Source: Spirochaetia bacterium | GTDB lineage: Bacteria; Spirochaetota; Spirochaetia; UBA9216 | NCBI GenBank assembly: GCA_963677925.2 | Contig: CAXXYH010000004.1 | Span: forward strand, 1,920,001-1,984,000 | Length of the DNA: 64,000 bases | Direction of reading: 5' to 3' | Part shown: piece after piece, positions 27,175-38,400 of the stretch | How the letters are laid out: every line of letters starts with the position of its first letter | How positions within the stretch are numbered: the stretch's first letter is position 1 | The notes under the pieces: generated by a model | What the model was told of the DNA's origin: nothing | What the model saw: only the letters and a program-made list of their open reading frames with translations | The model's database searches: none | Program-made: the position numbers and the translations under genes

Positions 27175-28191
27175 TCATGTCGCAAGCTGACCGCAGGCGG
27201 CATTGAGTCCCCGTCCCCGGCGGTATCTTCTGGTAACAGGGATGCCGGCTTTTTCCAGTACAGCACAGAATGCTTCAATTGATTTCTCATCAGGCTCTGA
27301 AAAATCGATATCATCAGCCCTGTTCCAGGGAATTACGTTTACTATGGCATTGAGTCCCGATACCCAGCGGGTAATTACTGCTGCATCCGCAACAGAGTCG
27401 TTGATACCGCCCATTATTGCACATTCAAGGGTCAGCCTCTTTCCTGATGCCTGCTGAAATACCATCAGCGCCTCTTTAAGCTCATCCAGGCTGTTTCCTG
27501 CGGTTACAGGCATCAGAGACAGTCTTTTCTGCGGATCAGCGCTTACAAGTGATACTGCAAGCCTCAGAGCCGGCAGTTCAGCTGCAAGATTCTTTATTCC
27601 TGCTGCTATGCCGCAGGTTGAAACTGTTATCCGCCGCGGACTGAGCCCCGGCAGTCCCTTCCTGGTAAATAGTGCCACCGACTTTTTAAATTCGCCGTAG
27701 TTATTAAGCGGTTCGCCCATCCCCATGTAGACTATATTGCTGATATCACCATAACTGTTTTTCAGGTGAAGAAACTGCTCGATTATTTCTTCAGAATGAA
27801 GGTTGCGTTTCAGGCCCATCAGCGCAGTGCGGCAGAATTTACAGCCCATAGCACAGCCGACCTGGGAAGACAGGCAGGCAGTCTTTCTTCCTGTCTCATC
27901 TGTAAGCAGCACGGTCTCAATTCTTGCACCGTCGTAGAGCTCTATCAGAAGTTTTACTGTATTGTCATTGTCTTCATGCTTTTCGAGAATTTTTGAGGAA
28001 TACAGTGAAAGTCTGTCGTCAAGATCGGATCTAAGTCCGGCAGGCAGGTTGGTCATCTCGGTAAATGTCTGAGCGCCCTTCCAAATCCATTCAAATATCT
28101 GACGGCCTCTGTAGGCAGGGCCGCCTCCGGTTATTCTGCTTATCTGCTCCGGCATACTGCCGGCAGCAGAATTAAATTCAAATTCTGTCAT
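27175..28191 (-). CDS. rlmN: 23S rRNA m2A2503 methyltransferase RlmN (radical SAM)
   Basis: SSQVGCAMGCKFC, MGMGEP, AACGQL. Confidence 0.93.
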   Translation of the reverse strand: MTEFEFNSAAGSMPEQISRITGGGPAYRGRQIFEWIWKGAQTFTEMTNLPAGLRSDLDDRLSLYSSKILEKHEDNDNTVKLLIELYDGARIETVLLTDETGRKTACLSSQVGCAMGCKFCRTALMGLKRNLHSEEIIEQFLHLKNSYGDISNIVYMGMGEPLNNYGEFKKSVALFTRKGLPGLSPRRITVSTCGIAAGIKNLAAELPALRLAVSLVSADPQKRLSLMPVTAGNSLDELKEALMVFQQASGKRLTLECAIMGGINDSVADAAVITRWVSGLNAIVNVIPWNRADDIDFSEPDEKSIEAFCAVLEKAGIPVTRRYRRGRGLNAACGQLAT

Positions 28192-28196
28192 TCAGA

Positions 28197-29351
28197 TCAG
28201 AAATTACCGCCTCTGAGCCTGTCGAGAAGATTGGAAACAAAGGCGTTTCTCAGGCCGAGTTTCTGAAATTCAGCAAGGGTTTCAATAGCCTTGTTCTTGT
28301 CTCCAAGATGCATATAGCATTCGGCAATTTCAGTATAAAGCCGGTGGTTTTTCGGATCATTTTTAAGAAGGCCTCGCAGACTTTCTATAGCATTCTCGTA
28401 GTTGCCTCGAAGCTTGTTAATAAGAGCAAGTCCTAAAATAGCATATACATCGAACTCTATATTCAGAGCACGGCTGTAGTAGTCTTCTGCAAGATCGAAC
28501 TCTTCAAGATTTCGATAGGCATCTCCGGCTCTGGTCAGGATAACCTTGTTTTCCGGGTCTTTCTTAAGAATCTTGTCCCAGTATTCAAGTGATTTTGCAT
28601 GGGCATTCATACCGCGGTAGCAGTCGGCCATTCCGAAAAGGGCATAGAAGTTATTGGGTTCAAGTTCCAGCGCCTTGTCAAAATACTGGGTTCCCTTTTC
28701 AAAGGTTCTCAGTTTTCTGTGACAGTTACCAAGAGAAGTCAGTACTCTTATATCAACATTATCCTTGTTGATTTCGTACATTCTCTCCCAGTATTTCAGA
28801 GCATCACGGTATTCTCTGAAATCATAGTGCAGGTGCCCCAGGCCGATAAGTGCATAGGCGTTATTTTCTTCCATTTCAAGAACTTTAAGATAGATTTCTC
28901 TGGATTTCTTGAAATCCCTTACCTTTCGGTAGGCATCTGCGACTCTGGTTAATACTGTTATATTTGAATCATCGTGCTGAAGATATTCTTCCCAGATTTT
29001 AATAGCCTGATTGTATTTGTTAAGGGCTTTGTAGCAGTCAGCAAGACCGAATAATGCATAATTGTTTCCTGGATGGTTATCAAGACATTTCTGGTAGTAT
29101 ACTATTGCCTGCCTGAAATCACTTTTCTTTCTGGCTGAATCTCCAAGACCTACAAGCGCGTAGTTGTTAAGCTCATCCTTATCAAGAATCTGATAAAAAC
29201 AATCCTCCGCTTCCTCAATCAGGTTTTCCTTAAGAAGCTGGTAACCTCTTTTGGAAAGTTCCGAAATTTCATTTAGAATTTCATTTTCCGGATCATTGGT
29301 TTCTGTGAAATTCTCCTCCATGAAATCAGGTTCATTTGATAGTGCTGACAT
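28197..29351 (-). CDS. tetratricopeptide repeat protein
   Basis: Repeated 34-aa units (NNYALxGLxDxY). The start may instead be TTG29372. Confidence 0.85.
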   Translation of the reverse strand: MSALSNEPDFMEENFTETNDPENEILNEISELSKRGYQLLKENLIEEAEDCFYQILDKDELNNYALVGLGDSARKKSDFRQAIVYYQKCLDNHPGNNYALFGLADCYKALNKYNQAIKIWEEYLQHDDSNITVLTRVADAYRKVRDFKKSREIYLKVLEMEENNAYALIGLGHLHYDFREYRDALKYWERMYEINKDNVDIRVLTSLGNCHRKLRTFEKGTQYFDKALELEPNNFYALFGMADCYRGMNAHAKSLEYWDKILKKDPENKVILTRAGDAYRNLEEFDLAEDYYSRALNIEFDVYAILGLALINKLRGNYENAIESLRGLLKNDPKNHRLYTEIAECYMHLGDKNKAIETLAEFQKLGLRNAFVSNLLDRLRGGNF

Positions 29352-29368
29352 CTTACCATCCTTATTAT

Positions 29369-29713
29369 TCAATAATCATCTTTAATCCATTTTTTTAAAG
29401 CATTGGCAACTTCTCTGGTGCATTTTTCAACCTTGTCAGGAGCCGGTGCTAGCCAGTACATCCGGAGTGCTTCAAGATGGTCCTTTTTTTCATAGTACCA
29501 GTCACCGATCCTGATCAAACCATCTGAATATCCGGTGGTTATAAATACTCGCTTTGCCTTCTCAAATTCACCGCTGTTAAAAAAATCGTTGCCTTTTCTG
29601 ATCAGTGCAGCTTTCTGTTCGCTGGTAATCGCTATTGGATCATCTTTGGTGAGTTTTAAAAAACCCTCTTGCGGTATATTTTTCAATATACGTTCAAAAT
29701 TACCCGGCATCAA
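29369..29713 (-). CDS. hypothetical protein (TPR-like helices)
   Basis: Open frame in operon context, ALIRKGNDFFN..AKRVF. Confidence 0.7.
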   Translation of the reverse strand: MMPGNFERILKNIPQEGFLKLTKDDPIAITSEQKAALIRKGNDFFNSGEFEKAKRVFITTGYSDGLIRIGDWYYEKKDHLEALRMYWLAPAPDKVEKCTREVANALKKWIKDDY

Positions 29714-29767
29714 TTTAAACTATAGTAAATATTCAATATAAAATCAACAATTAACTATAATCGGCTA

Positions 29768-30364
29768 CTATTTTGATAAGGTACCTTTAGTGGAAAGTTC
29801 CTCGCCGCTTCCTGACAGGGCGTAAGCATGCCCAAGTGCTTTTCCAAGTGCCTTGAACAGGGCTTCGGCCATGTGATGTCCATTTTCACCGTATCGGCAT
29901 TCCGCATGCAGGTTAAGTCCTGCTCTGTCCGAAAATGCCTTCATGAATTCTTTAACAAGACTGAGATCAAAGCTCCCTGCCAGCTGCTGCGGATACTCTG
30001 CCCTGTAAACAAGGTAGGGACGGCCGCAGGCATCAACTGTTACTTCAGAGAGCGAATCATCCATCGGAACAATAAAATGTCCGAACCGGCTTAAGGGGCC
30101 GCCTTTTTCCGCCGCCTGGCGAAAGGCGTCACCAAGAACAAGTCCGGTGTCCTCAACAAGGTGGTGAGGATCGACATCAATATCACCGACAGCTTCTATT
30201 TTCAGAAAAAAACCGCCGTGATAGGACATTGAGTAAAGAATATGGTCAAAAAACGGTACACCGGTACTTATTTCAGGTTTAGTTCCCTTTAAATCAAGAT
30301 CAACAGTTAGTTTGATATCTGTTTCTTTGGTTTTTCTTATTACTTCCGCTTTTCTTCCAGCCAT
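29768..30364 (-). CDS. hisB: imidazoleglycerol-phosphate dehydratase
   Basis: RKTKETDI, DPHHLVED, PMDD, NGHHMAEA, STKG. Confidence 0.96.
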   Translation of the reverse strand: MAGRKAEVIRKTKETDIKLTVDLDLKGTKPEISTGVPFFDHILYSMSYHGGFFLKIEAVGDIDVDPHHLVEDTGLVLGDAFRQAAEKGGPLSRFGHFIVPMDDSLSEVTVDACGRPYLVYRAEYPQQLAGSFDLSLVKEFMKAFSDRAGLNLHAECRYGENGHHMAEALFKALGKALGHAYALSGSGEELSTKGTLSK

Positions 30365-30993
30365 CGAGCTTCCCCTTTGATAATATCATCGACAAATTTG
30401 TTTATCCGCTTATAGTTAAGTTTGTAATAAGCAGGATTTGCAATAAGATGAACACTGATAGGGGCAAGCTCCCTGATAACCTCAAGATTATTAGCTTTAA
30501 GAGTGTTACCTGTTTCAACAAGGTCCACTATATACGGAGCAAGACCTAAGACAGGACCCAGTTCTACAGAACCGTTGAGTTTTATTACCTGTACCGGTTT
30601 GCCGGCTTTGTGATAGTAGTCACTTGTGAATTTTGTGAATTTTGTTGCAACTTTCAGCGAGGCTTCATTCCCTGAACTATGGTTATCCTTCAGTCCCGCA
30701 AGGCACATCTTTGTTCCGCCGAAGGAGAAGGTGTGGAGTTTGTAAAAATCATGACCCGATTCGTAGATGACATCCGAACCGCAGATTCCGAGTCCTGCAA
30801 TACCGTGGTTAACATAGGTAGGGAGATCCGAGTTTTTTACAAGGAAAAATCTGAGATTTCCATCTTTGTCATCGGCAACAAGCTTTCTGTTGTCAAAAGA
30901 AAAATTGATGCCCATAGTGGCAAGCATTTCCTGTGTCTGTTCCATAAGTCTGCCTTTAGGCAGTGCAAAAAGTAATGGCTGGTTAGTGTTCAT
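30340..30993 (-). CDS. hisG: ATP phosphoribosyltransferase, short form
   Basis: ALPKGR, VATKF, GSVEL, DLVETGNTLKAN. 217 aa. Confidence 0.95.
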   Translation of the reverse strand: MNTNQPLLFALPKGRLMEQTQEMLATMGINFSFDNRKLVADDKDGNLRFFLVKNSDLPTYVNHGIAGLGICGSDVIYESGHDFYKLHTFSFGGTKMCLAGLKDNHSSGNEASLKVATKFTKFTSDYYHKAGKPVQVIKLNGSVELGPVLGLAPYIVDLVETGNTLKANNLEVIRELAPISVHLIANPAYYKLNYKRINKFVDDIIKGEARWLEEKRK

Positions 30994-32081
30994 ATTACTG
31001 CTATTTTCCCCTCTTTCCGGAGTTCAAGCGCCTTTTTGAAGGCTTCCATAACGTTTTCATCATCCGCGACAAAGATATCTGCCGGCGGTGCAAAGCGTTT
31101 TCTGTTTCCTATACCGGGTTCTATCTTTCTCTGAAGCATCGAAAATCCTACCGACGGGGCGTTGATTCCGAAGTTCAGGAGCAGATTATCATATCTACCT
31201 CCGGAAATAACTGCAGAGTCAACTTCATCCATATAAACCTGAAACACGATGCCGGTATGGTATGCCTGGTTTCCTATCTCTGAGAGATCCAGAGTGAAAA
31301 GATCAGTAAAGCCGGCGTTTTCAAGCGATGAAACAAGGCTGTTCAGGTATTTGAGTTCGTCAGAGATATCGATATGAAAGCTGTCTTCATTTTCATTAAT
31401 GAACTCAGTGAACTCTTTGACGCCGCCGATGAAGCCGAAAAGTTTTGCAATCTTTTTGCTTCCGTATTCTCCGGTTTCTTCACCTGTAATTTCTGCAACC
31501 TTTTCAAAATCGCGCAGGCTGATGGCTTTTTGAAGACCGAGTCTCTTTTTTTCGGAAAATCCGGCAAACATCAGATTGAACAGGGCATGTGAACCCAGAT
31601 GAACCCTGACAGGTATTTCTAGCAGTTTCACAGTTTCTGCAAGAAGCAGGAGTATCTCCATATCTCCGCGGAAACCGCCTCTGCCGATCAGCTCTACGCC
31701 GGTCTGGTAAAACTCGTTATGCGAGATGTCTTCTGAATCCTGATGCCTGAGTATGCTGTCTGAGTAGCAGACTCTGACAGGCAGATCCTCCTCTGACAGG
31801 ATGAGCCCCATCTGTCTTGCAAGAAAAAGTGTGACATCCGAACGGAGCATAAGAAGATCCCCGTCCCGGTCTATCAGTCTGTAAATCCTTTCATCATCTC
31901 CGGAGGGAATGAGTTCCCTGTAGACATCATAAAGATCGAAAACCGGGGTTTCTACCGGCAGATAGCCCCAGGCATTATACAGGTTCTGGAGGGTTTCTGT
32001 AATTTTCCGGTGAATAAATGCTTCCTCAAAAAAGAAACTTTCTGAACCCTGGGGAACCTTCATCATTGTCTTATTATTCAT
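30990..32081 (-). CDS. hisZ: ATP phosphoribosyltransferase regulatory subunit
   Basis: HisRS-like LRSDVT, EFYQTGVEL, YHTG, GGRYD, adjacent to short hisG. Confidence 0.92.
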   Translation of the reverse strand: MNNKTMMKVPQGSESFFFEEAFIHRKITETLQNLYNAWGYLPVETPVFDLYDVYRELIPSGDDERIYRLIDRDGDLLMLRSDVTLFLARQMGLILSEEDLPVRVCYSDSILRHQDSEDISHNEFYQTGVELIGRGGFRGDMEILLLLAETVKLLEIPVRVHLGSHALFNLMFAGFSEKKRLGLQKAISLRDFEKVAEITGEETGEYGSKKIAKLFGFIGGVKEFTEFINENEDSFHIDISDELKYLNSLVSSLENAGFTDLFTLDLSEIGNQAYHTGIVFQVYMDEVDSAVISGGRYDNLLLNFGINAPSVGFSMLQRKIEPGIGNRKRFAPPADIFVADDENVMEAFKKALELRKEGKIAVI

Positions 32082-32107
32082 GCTTTATAATATCAGATTT
32101 ACGGATC

Positions 32108-32641
32108 CTAAGACAACCGTCTGAAAAACAGCAGGATCGAACGTCCGTAGGTTCTGCGGTCTGTGACGGTAAAATCACCGACTTTTTCAGGCCATTTTTC
32201 CTCTGAAGGGTAGTGAATCATCAGTGTACCGTCAGGGGCAAGGATACCGGTTGAGGATGCTTTTTCTACGAGCTTAATTTTTCCGTCCATCGGAAAGGGC
32301 GGGTCCATATAAACCAAATCGAAGCTGCGTTTACAGATTGACATGTATTTTTCAGCCGACATCATCTTAAGCGAAATTTCCTCTTCGGCAATGCTCATAT
32401 TTTTTATTATAACAGGCTTTTTTTTGAAATCCTTCTCTACAAGCACCACCGGTTCCGCACCTCTGCTGGCGGCTTCAATGCCGACGCAGCCCGACCCTGA
32501 GAACAGATCGAGAAATGAGTCTCCGCTGATGTTTCCAAGAATTGAGAAAAGCGACTCCCTCATCCGATCCATCGCCGGTCTTATGATTCCCTTGGGACAC
32601 TGGATAATTCTGCCTTTGTAGTTTCCGCCTGTGATACGCAT
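32108..32641 (-). CDS. rsmD: 16S rRNA m2G966 methyltransferase
   Basis: MRITGG, LDLFSGSG, EAASRGA, DPPF. Confidence 0.92.
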   Translation of the reverse strand: MRITGGNYKGRIIQCPKGIIRPAMDRMRESLFSILGNISGDSFLDLFSGSGCVGIEAASRGAEPVVLVEKDFKKKPVIIKNMSIAEEEISLKMMSAEKYMSICKRSFDLVYMDPPFPMDGKIKLVEKASSTGILAPDGTLMIHYPSEEKWPEKVGDFTVTDRRTYGRSILLFFRRLS

Positions 32642-32642
32642 T

Positions 32643-34769
32643 CTATTCTCCTGAAATCATGTTGCTGAACGGCGGGCAGGTTTCAAACAGTTTTCTAAGT
32701 ACTGAATTCTGCGGCTGCAGCAGTCCCGGATCAGTATCCATCAGCTTCCTGACATCAACTCTTGCTTTTTTAAGAAGATCGAAGTCGGTATTAAGGTCTG
32801 CAATTGTGAAGGGCATGAAGCCGGACTGGGCGCTGCCCGCAAGATCTCCGGGACCGCGGATACGCAGGTCCTCCTCTGCAATCAGAAAACCGTCAGTGCT
32901 TTCCTTCATCACCTTCAGTCTTGCAGTTCCCGCCTCGGTGAGTTCCGGGCTGTACACCAGAAAGGCATATGACTGATGTTCTCCACGGCCGACTCTTCCG
33001 CGAAGTTGATGCAGGGCTGATAGGCCGAAACGCTCTGCATGCTCAATCACCATACAGTTTGCATTGGGTACATCGACCCCTACTTCAACAACGCTTGTTG
33101 CTACAAGTATTTGTACATCTCCCGTATGAAATTCATCCATGATTTTCTTTTTTTCGTTTTCATCTATTCTTGAGTGGATGAGTTCGACTCTGTGTTCCGG
33201 AAAAATCTCATCCTTCAGTGAACTGAACATTGACTCGGCATCTTTCAGTTCCATTTTATCCGAACTGCTTATAAGCGGATACACAAAGTAGGCCTGCCGG
33301 CCTTCGGACAGCTGTTTTTTTATGAATTGATAGACCTTCTCCTCACGTCCGAGTGCCGCAAGGTGTGTCTCAACCGGCGAGCGGCCCGGCGGCATCGACT
33401 TAATGGTTGTAACATCCATATCACCGAAAACCGTCATTGCCAGGGTTCGGGGGATAGGAGTCGCAGTCATCAGCAGAAGATCTGCAGCCGTATTTTTTTC
33501 CGAGAGGGCAGTACGCTGAAGTACGCCGAAACGCTGCTGCTCATCAATTACTGCAAGTCCGAGTTTTTTGAAGTTTATATCGTCACCGAAAAGTGCATGA
33601 GTGCCAATCAGCAGATCAACCTCACCGCTGGTCAGCGCTTTGAGAAGAAGTTCTCTTTTGTCCTTTTTTACCGAACCGCTTAAAAGCGCCACCCGTATTC
33701 CGAGGGGTGAAAGCAGCCTGTCGGCATTATCGGCATGCTGCCTCGCAAGCAGTTCCGTAGGCGCCATAAATGCGCACTGCATCCCTTTTTCGATGCACCT
33801 TAGAGCTGAAATGAAGGCCACAAGCGTTTTTCCGCAGCCTACATCGCCCTGAAGCAGCCTGGCCATCGGCCTCTCAGAATCAAGATCTTCCAGTATCTCA
33901 TCAACAGCCTGATTCTGGCCATCGGTAAGGCTGAACGGCAGGCTGTCTATCAGCTTCAGATGCAGATTCCGTTCCGGATGGTTAATTCCGGTTTTGCTGC
34001 GTCTGCCTGCCTCCCTGCGTTTGAGTGCTCTCCTTGCTGCAGCCATCTGAAAGTGAAAGAGCTCCTCGTATTTAAGAGTAAGTTCAGCCTTCGCCGTATC
34101 TTCGGTTCTTTCCGGAAAATGTATCTTTTCGACGGCATCGGCTTTTGACATAAGACCGTTTGATAATATAAAGTTTTCCGGCAGTTCTGTGGAAATGAAC
34201 TTGCCGTACTGGTCTACTGCGTTTCTGACGGCTTTGCGGAGGCCTTTCTGTGTAAGCCCGGATGTCAGGGGATAAACAGGAAGTATTCTTCCAAAGCTGT
34301 CTGATATATTCCGCGCGGAAAGCTGCTTTTCGGTGATATCAAAGAGCTCGGGGATTATTTCAAAATCAAAAGCTGTACTCTGCAGTTCGTTGTACCGTAC
34401 GCTGAAAGTACCGAAAACAAGAACTGATGTTCCTTCCTTCAGTTTTTCGGCAAGAAAATTGCGCCCGAAGCATATAAGCGATGCGGGAATCCCCTTATTA
34501 TCATTTAGAAGAATTTTCAGCGTCTGCTTTTTTCCCCAGCCGAAGTACTCGTGAGCCGTTACTGTCGCGGAGGTGTTGACAATGGTTTGTCCTGATGATT
34601 TGAAAGCTGCAGTGAAATCCACCTCATCGAGCCGGTTCTCGTAACTTCTCGGGTAGTATTTCAGGATGTCGCTTACAGAATGGATACCAATCCTTGACAG
34701 TGCGGCCGAGGTCTTTGGTCCTATTCCCTGCAGACGCCCGACAGGCTGCTTAAGCTCTTCCTGAAACAT
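32643..34769 (-). CDS. recG: ATP-dependent DNA helicase RecG
   Basis: QGDVGCGKT, DEQQRFGV, TATPIPR, HQLRGRVGRG, RGPG. Confidence 0.95.
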   Translation of the reverse strand: MFQEELKQPVGRLQGIGPKTSAALSRIGIHSVSDILKYYPRSYENRLDEVDFTAAFKSSGQTIVNTSATVTAHEYFGWGKKQTLKILLNDNKGIPASLICFGRNFLAEKLKEGTSVLVFGTFSVRYNELQSTAFDFEIIPELFDITEKQLSARNISDSFGRILPVYPLTSGLTQKGLRKAVRNAVDQYGKFISTELPENFILSNGLMSKADAVEKIHFPERTEDTAKAELTLKYEELFHFQMAAARRALKRREAGRRSKTGINHPERNLHLKLIDSLPFSLTDGQNQAVDEILEDLDSERPMARLLQGDVGCGKTLVAFISALRCIEKGMQCAFMAPTELLARQHADNADRLLSPLGIRVALLSGSVKKDKRELLLKALTSGEVDLLIGTHALFGDDINFKKLGLAVIDEQQRFGVLQRTALSEKNTAADLLLMTATPIPRTLAMTVFGDMDVTTIKSMPPGRSPVETHLAALGREEKVYQFIKKQLSEGRQAYFVYPLISSSDKMELKDAESMFSSLKDEIFPEHRVELIHSRIDENEKKKIMDEFHTGDVQILVATSVVEVGVDVPNANCMVIEHAERFGLSALHQLRGRVGRGEHQSYAFLVYSPELTEAGTARLKVMKESTDGFLIAEEDLRIRGPGDLAGSAQSGFMPFTIADLNTDFDLLKKARVDVRKLMDTDPGLLQPQNSVLRKLFETCPPFSNMISGE

Positions 34770-34784
34770 TATTCCCCTTTCTTG

Positions 34785-35375
34785 TCAGAAAGGCAGGCCG
34801 GCGGCCAGGTTCATCAGGTATCCGAAAAGATATTTTCCGCCTATGTTTGCCGCTATCAGAATTGCCAGAGCTATTCCTAACTGGGTTGAATAGGGTGTGA
34901 ATTTGTTTCTGAATATTACCTTCCGTACCCATGAGGTAATTGGTTCGAGTACTGCATCGATACCTGCTGACATCTGGGCGAGAAATCCTGCGCTGTTTGT
35001 AAACACGGCGATAAGTCTGATTACCGAGAGTATTATCATCAGGAAAAGAATAACAGAAATTATTGACCAAATGCCGCTGATAAGGATGGCAAGGATAATT
35101 CCGATTGTAATGCTTCCGTAAGTGGCAATACTGTTGATTATGTTTATCAGTATTCCCAGGATTACAAAACCGAGTATCGGTGAGAAATCCATCATGCCGA
35201 TTCGCAGGAAGGAAAATCTCCTGAAAAGGTTAAGATAGGGGTCTGTAATTCGTGCAAGGTAGGTGTAAAACGAACCGACCTGGGCGCTTCTGAACCAGGT
35301 AAGCATTACCCGTATAATAAGCAGTATCATGTAAACTGACAGAACTGCGTTCAGTATTTTCATTATCATAATCAT
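34785..35375 (-). CDS. YggT-family membrane protein
   Basis: ITDPYL..DFSP repeat and a second LEP repeat. Confidence 0.85.
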   Translation of the reverse strand: MIMIMKILNAVLSVYMILLIIRVMLTWFRSAQVGSFYTYLARITDPYLNLFRRFSFLRIGMMDFSPILGFVILGILINIINSIATYGSITIGIILAILISGIWSIISVILFLMIILSVIRLIAVFTNSAGFLAQMSAGIDAVLEPITSWVRKVIFRNKFTPYSTQLGIALAILIAANIGGKYLFGYLMNLAAGLPF

Positions 35376-35403
35376 AAATGTACTCCGATATCTCTTATAT
35401 TTT

Positions 35404-38400
35404 TTATTCTTTCCATATGTCTGTAACTTCGGCTTTTGTTTTTACTGTCTCAAAAAGTTCATTTGTCGGGTTCACCAGTATCTGGTTTGACGCCTTTATA
35501 ATTGTCTCACTCCGGTTCCCGTTTATATGCAGATAAACCGGACTGCTTCCGGTAAAATGAATGAGGGTATTTCTCAGTTCATACAGGCTTTCCTCATCAC
35601 CGTTGCTGCCGCAGAGGCGTATATGAAGTTCAGCTGTTGATGCCCCGTCTATCTCCTCAGGCTGAAGTATTTTCTCAAGTTTCAAAGTCGGCTTTCCTCT
35701 GGTATTGTCGAATTCTCCTTCAAAACCGTAAACTTCATCGGTACGGATCATTGTTTCATATGCTGCCAGTGTTTTCGGGAAAATAACAGTCTCAATTGAA
35801 CCTCTGAAATCCTCCAGCTCCGCAAAGGCCATTTTATCACCTTTTTTGGTAATCAGCGAACGGAATGTCTTTATCATGCCGATAAGCTTGTATTTTTTAC
35901 CGTTGCTTGCCCGTTCAAGGTTGGAAAGGTCTATATTTGTGACTTTCTCCCACATCTTCCTGTAGCTGTCCATGGGGTGGCCGCTGCAGTAGAAGCCCAG
36001 GAAGTCTTTTTCAAAATTAAGAAGTTCCTTCTTGGGCCACTCCTCTACAGGTTCAAGTTCAATTGAATGAAATTCGGTATGTTCCGGATCATCGAAGAGG
36101 GAGGTCTGGCCGACACCCTGATCCGCCTTGGACCGGCTGGTAAATTCGAGAATCCTGTCGAGATTGTGCATCAATGTCGCACGGTTTTCTCCCAACGAGT
36201 CGAAAAGTCCGGTCTGTATGCTTGTTTCGATAACCTTCCGGTTTACGGTTTTCAGATCGACGCGCTCGATGAAATCGATGAAGCTCTTGAATTTTCCGCC
36301 CTTCTCACGCTGTTTGAGTATTTCCTCAACAGCAGCTTCCCCGACGTTTTTGATCCCGATCAGTCCGTAGATGATCTTGTCATCGACAACTGTGAATTTC
36401 ATATCGGAGAGGTTCATATCCGGCGGGCATAGTTCGATACCCATACCGTTTGCCTCGGCAATATACTGTGTAAGTTTGTCGGGGCTGTTGATTTCGTTAG
36501 TCAGGTTAGCCGCCATGAATTCAGCAGGAAAGTTTGCCTTCAGATATGCAGTCTGATAGGCCAGAACGGAGTAGGCTGCAGCATGAGATTTATTGAAACC
36601 GTAGCCGGCAAAGGGTTTAAGCATTTCAAAGATGTTGTCAGCGTGCTTCTTGTCGAGGCCCTGTGCTACAGCGCCCTCGATGAACTCGATCTTCATCTTA
36701 TCCATTTCTTTTTCTTTTTTCTTACCCATTGCACGGCGCAGAATATCCGCTTTTCCCAGTGAAAAGCCGCCGATAATCTGGGCGACCTTCATTACCTGTT
36801 CCTGATATACAATTACACCGTATGTCGGCTTGAGAGTTTCCTCTAGCGCCGGATCAGGGTATGTAATCGGGGTCTTACCGCTTTTACTGTCAATAAACTG
36901 AGGTATGTACTGCATAGGGCCCGGTCTGTACAGGGCGTTCAATGCTATAAGGTCTTCAATTGAGTTCGGCTGGGCCTGTTTAAGAATGCCCTGCATTCCG
37001 GAACTTTCAAACTGGAAGATACATGTACTCTTTCCCTCACTCAGCATTTTGAAGGTAGGTTCATCATCCTCGGGTATGTTCTCTATGGAGAAATCCGGAA
37101 TTTTTTTCCGGACAAGGGTCTCGGTATTCTTTATAAGGGTAAGAGTCTTCAGCCCCAGGAAGTCCATCTTTACAAGTCCCTGGGGTTCTATCTGGTCCAT
37201 CGTATACTGGGTGGATATTGCACCCGTCTTATCACGGTAGAGCGGGACGTAATCTGTCAGTTTTGTCTGACCGATAACTATTCCAGCTGCGTGTGTTGAT
37301 GCATGACGGCTTAGACCTTCCAGCCTTCTGGCTGTGTCAAAAAGTTCGTTGTAAATTCCGCCGCGTTCTGAATATTCCTTGAGTTTGGGTTCCATTTCAA
37401 GAGCCTTGTTCAGGCTCATTTTCAGCTCATTCGGAACAAGCTTTGAAATGGCATCCGATTCAGAAAAGGGAATATCCAGAACCCTTGCAACGTCCTTGAG
37501 GACCGCTTTAGTTTTAAGGGTTCCGAAGGTAATGATCTGGCCGACCTTCTCCTTTCCGTACTTCTCTGTTACATAATTGATAACCTCCTGCCGTCTTTCG
37601 AAGCAGAAGTCGATATCAAAGTCAGGCATCGATACTCGTTCAGGGTTGAGAAATCGCTCAAAAAGAAGCTCGTACTTGAGCGGATCGATGTCCGTAATTC
37701 TAAGTGCATATGCGACAATGGAACCTGCTCCCGAGCCTCGTCCCGGTCCTACGGGAATATCATTCTCATGTGCCCAGTGGATGAAGTCCCAGACAATAAG
37801 AAAGTAACTGGGGAAGTCCATTGAAATAATCGTATCAAGTTCAAAGTCGGCGCGTTCCTTGATTTCAGGACCGTATCCGGGATAGCGGAACTCAAGTCCT
37901 TCATAGGTAAGGGCTCTCAGGTAGTCTCCGGGGCCTTTATGAGGGGCGGGAATATCGTAAACCGGCAGTAGCGGACCCGGATATTTTATATCAATACTGC
38001 ATTTTTCAGCGAGTTCTACTGTATTTGAAAGAGCCTCCGGCACCTCACGGAATATTTCATACATCTCCTGCTGATTCTTGAAATAGAATTCCTGGGTATC
38101 AAAGGTCATCCGGTTTGTTTCGTTCTTATGCCTGCCGGTTCCTATGCACAGAAGTATATCCTGGGCGTTGGCGTCCTCACGATCGATGTAGTGACTGTCG
38201 TTGGTTGCGATCATCGAAATACCGGTTTTTTTTGATATTTCGATTATTGCCTTGTTGACGGTTTTCTGTTCAGGAATTCCATGATCCTGAAGTTCCAGAT
38301 AGAAGTTGCCTTTGCCGAAGAGTTCATTGTAAAAACCGGCCTTCTCCAATGCTTCGTCATTTTTACCGGACATTATCAGCGAAGGTATCTCTCCGGCCAG

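Noticed and set aside
27175-28191. Cfr-type resistance methyltransferase
   Set aside because: The housekeeping context and motifs fit RlmN, and nothing visible points to Cfr. A phylogeny would settle it.
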